A stretch of DNA of 64,000 nt from Clostridia bacterium (GTDB lineage Bacteria > Bacillota > Clostridia > Oscillospirales > CAG-272). Numbering within the stretch: position 1 is the first letter of the stretch; each line of letters begins with the position of its first letter. The notes beneath the pieces are model-generated. The model was given only the letters and a program-made list of their open reading frames with translations, was not told where the DNA came from and did no database searches. Positions 39,016 to 49,673 of the stretch are shown in pieces. The translations under genes were made by a program, and so were the position numbers. The DNA is taken from assembly GCA_017504405.1 (NCBI GenBank), contig JAFVRG010000015.1, forward strand, positions 5,750 to 69,749, in the 5' to 3' direction.

Positions 39016-39735
39016 ATGATATTCTCGGAAAAATCAACTATCACGATGCACAACGTAGATTCTAAGGGGTGTGCGAAGGCATCCTCTATTCTCGAACGCA
39101 TGCAGGATGCGGCAAACTCACAGCTCCACATATATCATCCGTCTAATGAGGAGCTCTGGGCGGACCATAAGGCGTTTATACTCAGCCGCATTTGCATAAA
39201 CTATTTTGAACCGTTGCACGCATACGACGAGGTTGTGGCGCAAACCTGGGCAAACCCAAGTCACGGATATTCCTTTAACCGCTCGCTTTCGCTCTTGAGG
39301 GATGGCGAGGTTGTTGCAAACGCACAGTCCCTGTGGGCTCTGATAGATACCGACACTCACCGTCTGCTCAAAACCGATGCGGTAACGCTGAATTTCTCAA
39401 CGGAAGAGCCTTTATCGGGGGATTTTAACCTGAGAACCAGAATTCCCGAGCCTGACCGTTTAGAGCCTCTCGGTAATTATACGGTAACGTATTCGGATAC
39501 CGACCAGAACCATCATATGAATAACACAAAATATCCCGATTTTATATGTAATTTCGTTGATATGAGAAAACGGCGTATGACACGTGTTTCCATAGCTTTT
39601 TTGAACGAAGCGCCTATGGGTGAAACGCTCACGGCATACGGATATTGGGATAACGAAGCCTTCTATTTCCGCTCTGTGAGAGAGGACGGAAAAATCAACA
39701 TAGATGCAGAGGCAAAGTTCGATACAAATTATTAA
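39016..39735 (+). CDS. acyl-[acyl-carrier-protein] thioesterase
   Basis: 239 aa, double hot-dog pattern; YSDTDQNHHMNNTKY motif. Confidence 0.8.
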   Translation: MIFSEKSTITMHNVDSKGCAKASSILERMQDAANSQLHIYHPSNEELWADHKAFILSRICINYFEPLHAYDEVVAQTWANPSHGYSFNRSLSLLRDGEVVANAQSLWALIDTDTHRLLKTDAVTLNFSTEEPLSGDFNLRTRIPEPDRLEPLGNYTVTYSDTDQNHHMNNTKYPDFICNFVDMRKRRMTRVSIAFLNEAPMGETLTAYGYWDNEAFYFRSVREDGKINIDAEAKFDTNY

Positions 39736-39763
39736 AAAACAGCCCACTCGGGCTGTTTTTATT
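39734..39763. terminator. bidirectional terminator between convergent genes
   Basis: AAAAAACAGCCC-ACTC-GGGCTGTTTTT. Confidence 0.6.
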
Positions 39764-40627
39764 TTATCTTACAAGCGAGAAATAAAGAATTACTATAAAT
39801 CCTATTGCTATTCGATACCAACCGAAAAGCTCAAAGCTATGCTTTTTAACGTAATCCATAAGGAATTTTATAGTGAGTAGCGAAACAACAAATGCAACGG
39901 CGCATCCAATCAACAGTAAAATCACCTCATTTGAGGTCACGCCGTATCCCGCCTCGCCCGATATGCTCTTCACTGCATATTTTCCCGTTTTCAAAAGCGA
40001 GACTCCGAACATTATGGGAATAGACATAAAGAAGGAAAATTCAGCAGCCGCAGTTCTTGATACCCCAAGCGACATACCGCCAAGAATGGTTGAGCCCGAG
40101 CGTGACGTACCGGGTATTATCGAAAGCACCTGAAAAAGTCCTATTTTAACAGCCGTGGGTTTGTCAAGATTCTCGGCAAGCTCGATTTTGTTCGGCTTTC
40201 CCTTGCGGAGTCTCTCAATGACAATGAAAAGAACACCGTACACAATCAGGGCGATTGCAACAACGTAGCACTTAATTCCGCCGTTTATCAGCTTCTCGTC
40301 GAGCCAATCGTCGAGCAAAACACCTGCAACTGCGGCAGGAACAACACCGATTAGAACGAGCAGCCACATATTCCAGGTGCTCCGCTTTTCCTCTGCACTT
40401 TTCTTACGGGAAAAGGGATTTAAGCGAGAGAAATAATAGAATATTACCGCCAGAATCGCTCCGAGCTGTATGACGTACAGAAAAACGGGATAAAAATTAT
40501 CGCTCATATTTTCAATGGAAAACAGCTCTTCAACAAGTATCATATGTCCTGTACTGCTGACAGGAAGCCACTCTGTTATTCCCTCAACAATTCCAATGAG
40601 AATAACCTTGAGTATATCTAATAGCAT
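39764..40627 (-). CDS. uppP: undecaprenyl-diphosphate phosphatase
   Basis: GIVEGITEWLPVSSTGHMIL BacA/UppP signature; multi-TM. Confidence 0.9.
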   Translation of the reverse strand: MLLDILKVILIGIVEGITEWLPVSSTGHMILVEELFSIENMSDNFYPVFLYVIQLGAILAVIFYYFSRLNPFSRKKSAEEKRSTWNMWLLVLIGVVPAAVAGVLLDDWLDEKLINGGIKCYVVAIALIVYGVLFIVIERLRKGKPNKIELAENLDKPTAVKIGLFQVLSIIPGTSRSGSTILGGMSLGVSRTAAAEFSFFMSIPIMFGVSLLKTGKYAVKSISGEAGYGVTSNEVILLLIGCAVAFVVSLLTIKFLMDYVKKHSFELFGWYRIAIGFIVILYFSLVR

Positions 40628-40643
40628 AACTACTCCAAGCTCC

Positions 40644-41885
40644 TTACTGATTTGATGCTCTGATTATATCTCCCGCCTTCACCTCAAATGGCATTTTCAG
40701 ATAAAATTTCATCTGAGGATGAGGTGTTGACACGATAGGCGAGTGATTTTCATCAAACATTTCACCGACTGCAAAAGGAACACCCACAGAGTGCGGTGTC
40801 AGCAGCTCTGCCCTATCGCCCATATTCATCTTGTTCTTTTGTATACAAACAGCCTCGCCCGTATTTGAATTATATTCAATTACACTTGCAAGGTATGCCT
40901 TCTCCCTCACATATCCGTTATCGGATGCCGTGTTGGCGTTTTCGTGTGAATTTGAGAAATAATAGCCTGTACCGTATTCACGGTGGCTGACGCTGTCAAG
41001 CTCACGCTCCCAAAGGGGATTGTAGGCATAATTTCCGCCGGCATAGCTGTCAAGAGCCATACGGTACACATTTGTTGTACAGGCGGTATAATACGCGCTC
41101 TTCATTCTTCCCTCGATTTTGAAGCTGTCTATGCCCGCCTCTACAAGCTCGGGAATATGCCCTATTACCGAGGTATCCTTGCTCGACATAATAAAGCTCT
41201 CGCCGTTAATTTCGGTAATCGGCAATTGAATATCCGGGCGTTTCTCCTCGGTTATATCAAAATGACGCTCGTTTATACTGAAATTCCAACGGCACGGCTG
41301 TGTGCAAGCCCCCATATTGGCATCTCTGCCCGTTAAAAATCCGGAAAGCAAGCATCTACCGCTATATGATATACACATAGAGCCGTGTATAAACGCTTCA
41401 AGCTCCAGAGTATCGGGGACGTTATCCCTTATCATCTTTATCTCGTCAAGGGAGAGCTCACGTGCAAGAACAACTCGATTCGCTCCCATTTCGTGCCACG
41501 CACGGCACGCCATTGAGCTGACTGCATTTGCCTGAGTAGAAATATGTATTTCCATATCGGGCATCCTCCTCTTAACGAGTGAAATTACCCCTACGTCTGC
41601 AACTATCAGTGCGTCGGGCGCAATTTTTGCCACCTCAGAAAGATAGTCACTAAGGCGCAGATAGTCATACTCCCTTGGCATTGTGTTTACTGCGAGGTAA
41701 ACCTTCACCCCTCGGGCGTGGGCGTAATCAATAGCCTCTGAAAGCTCTTCGAGAGTGAAATTGTCAGCCGCCGCCCTCATACCGAACGCATCGCCTGCAA
41801 GGTATACGGCATCTGCGCCGTACAGTATAGCGGCTTTTAATTTTTCTAAGTTGCCCGCAGGGGACAAAAGCTCGGGTATCCTCAT
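40644..41885 (-). CDS. peptidase U32 family protein (TrhP/YrrO-like)
   Basis: ELLSPAG N-terminus and U32 signature EAFIHGSMCISYSGRCLLS. Confidence 0.8.
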   Translation of the reverse strand: MRIPELLSPAGNLEKLKAAILYGADAVYLAGDAFGMRAAADNFTLEELSEAIDYAHARGVKVYLAVNTMPREYDYLRLSDYLSEVAKIAPDALIVADVGVISLVKRRMPDMEIHISTQANAVSSMACRAWHEMGANRVVLARELSLDEIKMIRDNVPDTLELEAFIHGSMCISYSGRCLLSGFLTGRDANMGACTQPCRWNFSINERHFDITEEKRPDIQLPITEINGESFIMSSKDTSVIGHIPELVEAGIDSFKIEGRMKSAYYTACTTNVYRMALDSYAGGNYAYNPLWERELDSVSHREYGTGYYFSNSHENANTASDNGYVREKAYLASVIEYNSNTGEAVCIQKNKMNMGDRAELLTPHSVGVPFAVGEMFDENHSPIVSTPHPQMKFYLKMPFEVKAGDIIRASNQ

Positions 41886-42988
41886 TTAAAACTCCTTGGC
41901 ACTGCCAAAATATTAAGCTCCCACGCAGGAAAGCACTCTGTTTTCCTTAAATAAATGTCGTAAAAACGGAATTTATTTTTGAGCAGAAGAACAAGCTCAT
42001 ATAAATCCTCGCTCCTGTGATAGCAAGACACCAACAGCCGAGGGCGGTGAGTGTTCAGCGTATTGACTGAGCCTAACAGAGCCTGCTTTTCCGCACCCTC
42101 GACATCGTATTTTACATAATCAACAGCTCCATAATTCTCGGTTAAACTGTCAAGAGTTGAAGCTGATACAGAAACGTCGGTATGCTGATACGAGGAATTG
42201 AGAAGAGATGAATTTCTGTTGCCCGAGCCTGAAAATACAAGCTCGTTTTCCTCGCTCCACAGTGCCGCATTCACGGCATCAATGCTTACCCGCTCCTCGC
42301 TCTCTATGTATCGCAAAAGACGGCGATAGGTTTTTGTGTCGGGCTCGACAGCCAAAATTTTATCGGGACGGGCGCCGAAATCCAATAGTTCTCTGACGGT
42401 ATCGCCGTTGTATGCGCCTGCATCTATATAACCTTTTACGCTTTTGGCATCTATTAGCGATAAAATCTCATCCTTTTGCGAATAAGAGCTGTCAAGATGC
42501 GAGTAGCGCCCCGTCAGCTTAAAGCGCACTGCAGCGGCGAAAACCTCACGGGAGCGCTCGTCAGCAAGCGAATTGTATGCCTCTAATAGCTCGGAGTAAT
42601 GCTCCCTGTAAAAATCCGACGTGAAATACGCATCACCCGCAACAGGCATATCGGGAATTATAACGTCATAGGTGGCAGACAATTCCTTTATTCTGTCGAT
42701 AACCTCACGCCTGTTTGAGGCAAAGGACACCGCTATAACAAAATCCCCGTACCTTTCGAGCACCTCGGAAAATGAAAGCACTCGCTTGCCGTGAAAGCTA
42801 TGTCCACGAACAAAGCCGTCTGATGCAAAAAAATCTGCATAGGGGATTGAATACTTCTCAAATTGGGAAAGGAGCTTATCCGCACCGTTTCCCATTCCGT
42901 AAATGAGTATCGGGCGGCTCTCGCCTGCGAGATACTGCCACACGTCGATAACCGATTCGGGATTTGGTAGAGCCTTATTCTCTGCCAT
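41882..42988 (-). CDS. FkbM family SAM-dependent methyltransferase with an extra N-terminal domain
   Basis: C-terminal half has IDAGAYNGDT...VKYDVEGAE FkbM-type motifs. Stop overlaps the U32 start (ATGA). Confidence 0.65.
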   Translation of the reverse strand: MAENKALPNPESVIDVWQYLAGESRPILIYGMGNGADKLLSQFEKYSIPYADFFASDGFVRGHSFHGKRVLSFSEVLERYGDFVIAVSFASNRREVIDRIKELSATYDVIIPDMPVAGDAYFTSDFYREHYSELLEAYNSLADERSREVFAAAVRFKLTGRYSHLDSSYSQKDEILSLIDAKSVKGYIDAGAYNGDTVRELLDFGARPDKILAVEPDTKTYRRLLRYIESEERVSIDAVNAALWSEENELVFSGSGNRNSSLLNSSYQHTDVSVSASTLDSLTENYGAVDYVKYDVEGAEKQALLGSVNTLNTHRPRLLVSCYHRSEDLYELVLLLKNKFRFYDIYLRKTECFPAWELNILAVPRSFK

Positions 42989-42991
42989 AAA

Positions 42992-43330
42992 TCAGTTAAA
43001 GCTCTCCTTCAGCTGTACGCCGCCGAGAAGATGAAAATGAATATGCTTTACGCTCTGACATCCGTGAACGCCAACGTTGGTTATAACTCTGTATCCATCG
43101 GCAAGCGCACACGCCGCCGCAATTTTGGGTATAGCCTCAAAAACAGCGGCAATATCTGCACTGTTTTCTCTGTTTACAGAGTCAGCCGAAGCGATATGCT
43201 TCTTCGGCAAAACGAGCACATGAACGGGTGCCTGAGGGTTTATATCGTAAAAGGCATAAACCAGCTCGTCCTCATAAACCTTTTTTGACGGAATTTCACC
43301 GTTAATTATCTTACAAAATAAGCAATCCAT
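42992..43330 (-). CDS. HIT family (histidine triad) protein
   Basis: 112 aa; MDCLFCKIINGEIP start and HIHFHLLGG histidine triad. Confidence 0.85.
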   Translation of the reverse strand: MDCLFCKIINGEIPSKKVYEDELVYAFYDINPQAPVHVLVLPKKHIASADSVNRENSADIAAVFEAIPKIAAACALADGYRVITNVGVHGCQSVKHIHFHLLGGVQLKESFN

Positions 43331-43334
43331 AATT

Positions 43335-45587
43335 TTATCCTCGTTTGTTAAGGGTTTTGAATACTATCGAAGATTCCTCCTCGAGAACAACTCCGACTGC
43401 GGGAATCTTGCGCTTTTTATATTTGGACGCCAGCTCCTCGGTATCCTCACGCACAGCGCAGATATCCGTGAGCTTCTGCCTTGACGTCAAGGAGAAAGCC
43501 GTCGTGCCTATTGAGGTCCTCGTGCTCTTTATCGGAATGAGTGAGGAATTTATTGTAATAACCTTACGTCCGTTATTAAAGAGCATAATATTCATAGGCT
43601 CTGCTTCATATATAGCGCCGACAGGGGGACAGGCAGTTGAGAATGCGGCGGTTAGTCGCTTCCTGTTACCCTTGGTTTCATAATTTTTCATTGAAATACG
43701 AACAGCCTTGCCGTTTTCAAACGCAACTATTATGTTATGATTTTCGTTGTATTCACGAATCATCTTACACATAATAGGATGCTCGTTTTCCTCCATATTG
43801 AGCTTAGCGGGCAGATAATCTCCAAGTGCCGAGGCTTTACAGAGGTCAAAATCCGACACCTTAGCCTTATACGCCTGCGCCTTATCGGTGAAGATTATGA
43901 GCTCGCCTGTGTTGTCGGTATCCTCATCATAAACAACGAAGTCGCCCTCCTTGAGCTTCTGCTCGTCATTACCTCGGAGGGACTGCTGAGTTATCTTCTT
44001 GAAGTATCCCTCGCTTGTCATAATAAGCTTTACGTTATAATTTTCAACGAACATTTCATCGTTTTTGAGGTCAATGGTTTCATACTCCTCAACGATTTCG
44101 GTTTTTCTCGGCTTACCGTAGGTTTTCTTTATTACCTCAAGCTGTGAAATAATCTTATCCTTCATCTTAACGTCGTCACGTAAAAGCTCCTCAAGCGCCT
44201 CGATTTCCTTACGCAAATCCTCGATTTCGCTGACTCTGTTATAAATGTACTCACGGTTGAGGTGACGCAGCTTAATCTCCGCAACGTACTCCGCCTGCCT
44301 TTGTGAGAGGTTGAACGCCGACTGAAGATTGGGGACAACGTCGCTGTCCTTTTCGGTTGAACGAATAATTCTTATCGCCTTATCAACGTCAAGCAATATA
44401 GCCGCAAGTCCCGTCAAAAGCTCAAGCTTGTCCTGCTTTTTCTCAAGGTCGAATTCGGTTTCACGGGTTAGGCACTTCATTCTGAAGCGTATCCACTCGG
44501 AAAGTATCTCAACAATACCCATCTGACGGGGCGAGCCGTCGATTAGAATATTGAAATTGCAATCAAAGGCATCCTCAAGAGGTGTGAGCTTATACAGCTT
44601 CTTCATAAGAAGGTCTGCCTTTTCCTTATTCATTCCCCGCTTTAACTCAAATACAAGGAGTCTGCTTGCAGATAGGTCGATGGCATCACGCACGTCTACT
44701 ATATCCTTGATTTTTCCTTCCTTGATGAGGTCGGTAACCTTCTTTGATATAGCCTCAATAGATGTAGAGTAAGGAATTTCAATAATATCTATCGAGTTGT
44801 TTTCCTCGTCATAGCGGTATTTTGCACGCAACCTTACCGAGCCAACTCCTGTTTTATATATCTCCGTGAGCTTTGCTTTATCGTAAAGGAGATGTGCTCC
44901 ACCCGGGAAATCAGGTGCCTTAACCAGATTCATCATTCGTTCGAGAGAGGTATTGGGGTTACGCAGAAGCGCAATTGTTCCGTTACACACCTCAACGAGA
45001 TTGAACGAGCAAATTGAGCAAGCCATACCGACTGCAATTCCGAGGTTAGGTGAAACTAAAATGTTAGGAAAAGCGGTGGGGAGTAACGTAGGCTCAACCT
45101 TACTGTTATCGTAGTTAGGCACCATGTCGACAGCGTTTTTATCTATTCCCGTAAATAACTCGTTGCAAATTTTATCTAGTTTTACCTCGGTATAACGGGA
45201 TGCGGCAAACGCCATATCACGGCTGTACTGCTTACCAAAGCTACCTTTAGAGTCTACAAACGGATGCAAAAGCGCCTCGTTTGCCTTGGTAAGCCTGACA
45301 AGCGTTTCATATATAGCCATATCTCCGTGCGGGTGATACTGCATCGTCTGTCCGACTACGTTAGAGCTCTTCTGTCTCGGACCTGTAAGAAGTCCCATTT
45401 TATACATAGTATAAAGGAGCTTTCTGTGTGAGGGCTTGAAGCCGTCGATATCGGGAATAGCTCTCGAAACTATAACGCTCATTACGTATGGCATATAGTT
45501 TTTCTCGATGGTTTCAGTTATCGGTTGATATGTAACCTCTGCCTCAGGCGCATCGATTATTTCAACTGCCTTCTTTTTTCTTGCCAT
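43335..45587 (-). CDS. type IIA DNA topoisomerase subunit A (GyrA/ParC family, ParC-like)
   Basis: DGFKPSHRKLLY and catalytic Tyr in AASRYTE. ATG 45587 lies 6 nt after AGGTG; no GyrA-box seen. Confidence 0.85.
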   Translation of the reverse strand: MARKKKAVEIIDAPEAEVTYQPITETIEKNYMPYVMSVIVSRAIPDIDGFKPSHRKLLYTMYKMGLLTGPRQKSSNVVGQTMQYHPHGDMAIYETLVRLTKANEALLHPFVDSKGSFGKQYSRDMAFAASRYTEVKLDKICNELFTGIDKNAVDMVPNYDNSKVEPTLLPTAFPNILVSPNLGIAVGMACSICSFNLVEVCNGTIALLRNPNTSLERMMNLVKAPDFPGGAHLLYDKAKLTEIYKTGVGSVRLRAKYRYDEENNSIDIIEIPYSTSIEAISKKVTDLIKEGKIKDIVDVRDAIDLSASRLLVFELKRGMNKEKADLLMKKLYKLTPLEDAFDCNFNILIDGSPRQMGIVEILSEWIRFRMKCLTRETEFDLEKKQDKLELLTGLAAILLDVDKAIRIIRSTEKDSDVVPNLQSAFNLSQRQAEYVAEIKLRHLNREYIYNRVSEIEDLRKEIEALEELLRDDVKMKDKIISQLEVIKKTYGKPRKTEIVEEYETIDLKNDEMFVENYNVKLIMTSEGYFKKITQQSLRGNDEQKLKEGDFVVYDEDTDNTGELIIFTDKAQAYKAKVSDFDLCKASALGDYLPAKLNMEENEHPIMCKMIREYNENHNIIVAFENGKAVRISMKNYETKGNRKRLTAAFSTACPPVGAIYEAEPMNIMLFNNGRKVITINSSLIPIKSTRTSIGTTAFSLTSRQKLTDICAVREDTEELASKYKKRKIPAVGVVLEEESSIVFKTLNKRG

Positions 45588-45588
45588 T

Positions 45589-46638
45589 TCATTCACCTGT
45601 TTTTATTATTTTGTGTGCCGCCGCACGTATCATTCTGTTGTATAGCGCCATTCCCATTCCGTCAAGAGATGGCAGAGGCGCAAGGATTTGGTCTGCTCCG
45701 AGGGTATCAGCCTCACGCAGGTAGTAAAAGAGCTTTTTTGCGTGGCTGAATTTATCACTGCTTGCACCAAGATTAAAAACAAGCCTTTCGCCTAACAGCT
45801 CTGCGTATCTGCCGTATTCCTCAGCATAGCACAAAACGGCTGTGGTATTTTTACATCCCTTCGTGTACAAAAATCTCCCGTCCGAATCTCCGTCAAGCAG
45901 AACAAGCGGTGTTTTTGGTGCATAATGTTTATATTTCATTCCGGGGGAAAGCACGGCTTCGCCGTCCTTTAGCTGACTTAGCACAGCCTCGGCGACAGAA
46001 ACCTCGCCGCAAACAGCCGCAAGCTCGTCCAAGGTTACAGCGCCCGGACGCAAAAGCGTGAGCGAGCCGTCATCCTCGATTTTAACGATAGTGGACTCAA
46101 CACCTATATCCGAATCCCCACCGTCGATTATCATATCGACTCTCTCCATCATATCGTCTATAACGTGCTTTGCACAGGTGGGCGAGGGAGAGCCCGAAAG
46201 ATTTGCTGACGGGGCGGCAATCGGCACGCCCGAGAGCCGTATCAGCTCTCTTGCTATCGGTGTCCTTGGGCATCTCACAGCAACTGTCGGTAGCCCTGCA
46301 CGGGTATTCAGTGCCACTGCATCCTTTGCCCTCATAATAACCGTTATAGGACCCGGCATAAACTGCTCTGCCAGCCTGTAATAGACCTCATTTGTGTAGG
46401 TGTATTTTTCCGCATCTACGGGGTCTGCAATGTGTATTATAAGAGGATTGTCGGCAGGTCTGCCCTTAGCGCCGTATATTTTCTCCGCCGCCGTCGGATT
46501 GGTGCCGTCGGCACCCAAACCGTAAACGGTCTCGGTAGGAAAAACCACGAGTCCGCCGCTCCTTATTATCTCTGCGGCACGGGCAATAGACGGATGTGCC
46601 GTGTCATTTACGTCAATTCTGACGGTTTTGGTCCTCAC
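45589..46638 (-). CDS. tsaC: L-threonylcarbamoyladenylate synthase (Sua5/YwlC type)
   Basis: [13 protein letters not shown] YrdC motif plus a C-terminal Sua5 domain. GTG start 6 nt after GAAGGGAG. Confidence 0.85.
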   Translation of the reverse strand: MRTKTVRIDVNDTAHPSIARAAEIIRSGGLVVFPTETVYGLGADGTNPTAAEKIYGAKGRPADNPLIIHIADPVDAEKYTYTNEVYYRLAEQFMPGPITVIMRAKDAVALNTRAGLPTVAVRCPRTPIARELIRLSGVPIAAPSANLSGSPSPTCAKHVIDDMMERVDMIIDGGDSDIGVESTIVKIEDDGSLTLLRPGAVTLDELAAVCGEVSVAEAVLSQLKDGEAVLSPGMKYKHYAPKTPLVLLDGDSDGRFLYTKGCKNTTAVLCYAEEYGRYAELLGERLVFNLGASSDKFSHAKKLFYYLREADTLGADQILAPLPSLDGMGMALYNRMIRAAAHKIIKTGE

Positions 46639-47695
46639 CGCTATCTCCCTTCAATCTTTCTGCATTATCCTTAGCTGCAAGTGCATCGGTTATCTGTTCT
46701 ATATTTCCGTTAAGGAAGCTGTCAAGCGAATACAGAGTCATAGAAATTCTGTGGTCAGTAACTCTGCCCTGAGGATAATTGTAGGTTCTTATGCGCTCAC
46801 TGCGGTCGCCGCTGCCTACCTGGCTTTTTCTTTCCGAGGAAATCTTGTCGTTCTGCTCCTTTTCCTTCATATCATAGAGCCTTGTACGTAAGAGCTTTAG
46901 AGCCTTGTCCTTATTTTTGAACTGACTGCGCTCCTCCTGACACTCTATGACTATTCCCGTTGGCAAGTGAGTGAGTCTTACGGCGGACTCGGTCTTATTT
47001 ATATGCTGACCGCCCGCTCCGCTACTCTTACAGCTCTCTATTTTTATTTCCTCAGGCCTTATCTCCACCTCAACGTCCTCTGCCTCGGGCAGAACCGCAA
47101 CTGTTGCGGTAGAGGTCTGTATTCTGCCCTGTGCCTCGGTTTCGGGTACTCGCTGAACTCGGTGAACACCGCTCTCATATTTTAGCCTTGAATACGCTCC
47201 GTCACCAATTACCGAGAAGCATATTTCCTTAAATCCGCCAAGCTCGGTTTCATTTGCGCTTATCAGCTCAGTGCGAAATCCCGTCTTCTGCGCATACATA
47301 GAGTACATTCGGTATAGCACCGAGGCAAACAGCGCCGCCTCCTCGCCACCTGCTCCCGCACGAATCTCCATAATGACGTTTTTCTCATCATTAGGGCTTT
47401 TGGGTATCATTAAAATCTTAATTTCCTCAAAAAGCGACGCCTTCTTATCCGAGAGCGAGCGAGCCTCCTCAGCCGCCAGCTCTCGCATATCAGGGTCGTT
47501 CATGAGCAGAAGTGCGCCGTCAAGCTCCTCGCTCACCGCCGTATATTCCTTATACTTGGAAACTATCGGCGACAGCGACTTGTATTCCTTTATAAGACGG
47601 GAATATTCCTCTTTATTGCTTATAGTGTCGGGCAAGGATAAAAGCATCTCTATTTCGCTGAATTTATCCTCTATCCCCGCAAGCTTATCAATCAT
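46613..47695 (-). CDS. prfA: peptide chain release factor 1
   Basis: [11 protein letters not shown] (GGQ) and RF1-type PxT tripeptide (PET). Confidence 0.9.
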   Translation of the reverse strand: MIDKLAGIEDKFSEIEMLLSLPDTISNKEEYSRLIKEYKSLSPIVSKYKEYTAVSEELDGALLLMNDPDMRELAAEEARSLSDKKASLFEEIKILMIPKSPNDEKNVIMEIRAGAGGEEAALFASVLYRMYSMYAQKTGFRTELISANETELGGFKEICFSVIGDGAYSRLKYESGVHRVQRVPETEAQGRIQTSTATVAVLPEAEDVEVEIRPEEIKIESCKSSGAGGQHINKTESAVRLTHLPTGIVIECQEERSQFKNKDKALKLLRTRLYDMKEKEQNDKISSERKSQVGSGDRSERIRTYNYPQGRVTDHRISMTLYSLDSFLNGNIEQITDALAAKDNAERLKGDSGEDQNRQN

Positions 47696-47713
47696 AAAAG
47701 CTCCGTTGTAAAA

Positions 47714-49111
47714 TTATTTGCAGAATGCACAAAAAGCCTTGTACGTGGAATAAAGGTCAGCCTTGGACACAACCTCATAGGGTGCGTGCATAGATATGAC
47801 GGGCACGCCTATATCCACAGTATCAATGTTCAAATTTGCGATATACATAGCGACAGTACCTCCGCCGCCGTGGTCAACCTTTCCAAGCTCCGAGGTCTGC
47901 CAGATAACGCCTGCATTATCGAAAAGATTGCGGATATATCCCACAAACTCTGCGGAGGCATCGCTCGTTCCGCTCTTGCCCCTCGATCCTGTATACTTGG
48001 ACATTGTAGCTCCGCAGGACAGCATTGCGCTGTTGCGCTTCTCGTACGCCTCTCCGTAGTTGGGGTCGTACGCCGCATTTACGTCAGCGGACAGACACTT
48101 TGAGTTGGAACGCACTAAAACGGGATTTTTGCCGAGCGCCGTGGCAATTTCCTGTATAATATCTGAAAGCAGTCGGCACTGCATACCCGTATTTCCCTCA
48201 CTGCCTATTTCCTCTTTATCGGCAAGGATTACGAGGGTTGTGTGCGCATCGCTCTCGGTGTCGAAAAGTGCTGTCATTGCGGGGTATGCGCATACTCGGT
48301 CATCGTGGCCGTATGCACCGACAAGCGCGCGGTCAAAGCCTATATCACGTGCCTTGAATACAGGAACAGCAGAAATCTCTGCGCTGATAAAATCGCCCTC
48401 TTTAATGCCGTATTTATCGTTAAGGATACGAAGAACGCCGAACTTTATCTTATTTTCAACGTCCTTATCCGAAACAGGCAGTCCTCCGACAAGAATATTA
48501 AGGCTCTCGCCCGAAATTGCCTTAGACATCGGCTGCTGCATCTGGTCAGCCGCAAGATGCGGAAGCAAATCGTTTATATAGAATACAGGGTCGTTTTCAT
48601 TTTCGCCTACCTTTATTTCAACCGAAGAGCCGTCAGCGAGTATAACTACGCCGTGCAGGGCGAGAGGAATTGCCGTCCACTGATATTTCTTTATGCCGCC
48701 GTAATAGTGAGTTTTGAGAAAGCCCATTCCGCTATCCTCATAGAGCGGATTTTGCTTTAAATCAATTCTCGGCGAATCGATATGCGCAGCTATTATTCTG
48801 ATTCCGTTTTCGCCTATATCCTCTTTTCCTATCTTGAAAAGATAAAGGCTCTTACCTCTGTTGTTATAGTACTTTTTATCTCCGACACTGAGAGCCTCGC
48901 CGAGCTTGTACTGTGTATATCCGTTTTTCTCTGCAAGAAGGATTCCCTCCTTTACAGCCTCTCTCTCGGTTTTTGCGGCGTCAAGAAAGCTCTTATAGCC
49001 CTCTGCGTAATCAAAAATAGCAGAAAGCTCCTTTTCATCCGCCTCTTCAAACACATTTTTCTTTTTGAAGGAAAGCTCAGCCTCAAGCTCCTTGTTAGTA
49101 AGGTTTTCCAT
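47714..49111 (-). CDS. M18 family aminopeptidase
   Basis: 465 aa; IIAAHIDSPRIDLK and C-terminal metal-ligand regions typical of M18 aminopeptidases. Confidence 0.8.
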   Translation of the reverse strand: MENLTNKELEAELSFKKKNVFEEADEKELSAIFDYAEGYKSFLDAAKTEREAVKEGILLAEKNGYTQYKLGEALSVGDKKYYNNRGKSLYLFKIGKEDIGENGIRIIAAHIDSPRIDLKQNPLYEDSGMGFLKTHYYGGIKKYQWTAIPLALHGVVILADGSSVEIKVGENENDPVFYINDLLPHLAADQMQQPMSKAISGESLNILVGGLPVSDKDVENKIKFGVLRILNDKYGIKEGDFISAEISAVPVFKARDIGFDRALVGAYGHDDRVCAYPAMTALFDTESDAHTTLVILADKEEIGSEGNTGMQCRLLSDIIQEIATALGKNPVLVRSNSKCLSADVNAAYDPNYGEAYEKRNSAMLSCGATMSKYTGSRGKSGTSDASAEFVGYIRNLFDNAGVIWQTSELGKVDHGGGGTVAMYIANLNIDTVDIGVPVISMHAPYEVVSKADLYSTYKAFCAFCK

Positions 49112-49672
49112 TTATATATCCTCCATATCGTATAAATTACTGTATTTGTGTGCAGCTTTGCTGACTTTTTTGAGATACTCTCTTGTTTCAGGGTACGGTA
49201 TATGCAAAAGCGAGCCGTCACTGTCAAGATTTTGGGGGTAAATCCACTGTTCTACCCTGTTTGGACCTGCATTATACGCCAAAATCGCAAAATCCCATCT
49301 TCCGAAACGCACGTACAGCTGAGAAAGATAGAGTATTCCGTACTTAACGTTTAACTCGGGGGAAAAGATTTCCCGAGCATCAGAAAAATCTCCGCACAGC
49401 TCCGACATCTCCTCAAAGGTTGAGGGCATCAATTGCATAAGACCGATTGCTCCCGCACTCGATACTGCGTCGGGCGAAAAACCGCTCTCCACCTTCAAGG
49501 TTGCATAAGCCAGCGAGCGTGGAACGGAAAATTCGTTGCAATACTTATCTACAAGCTCCGAATATCCTAAGGGATAAGCGGCATAGACCGCCCTGCGTAC
49601 AAGAAGAGAGCCAATGATGATTATATCCAGAATGAAAAGCAAAAAGACAGTCCATATAAGGATTTTCTTCAA
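49112..49672 (-). CDS. lytic transglycosylase domain protein (SLT)
   Basis: N-terminal TM helix; ESGFSP...AIGLMQLMPST SLT motifs. Confidence 0.75.
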   Translation of the reverse strand: MKKILIWTVFLLFILDIIIIGSLLVRRAVYAAYPLGYSELVDKYCNEFSVPRSLAYATLKVESGFSPDAVSSAGAIGLMQLMPSTFEEMSELCGDFSDAREIFSPELNVKYGILYLSQLYVRFGRWDFAILAYNAGPNRVEQWIYPQNLDSDGSLLHIPYPETREYLKKVSKAAHKYSNLYDMEDI

Positions 49673-49673
49673 T

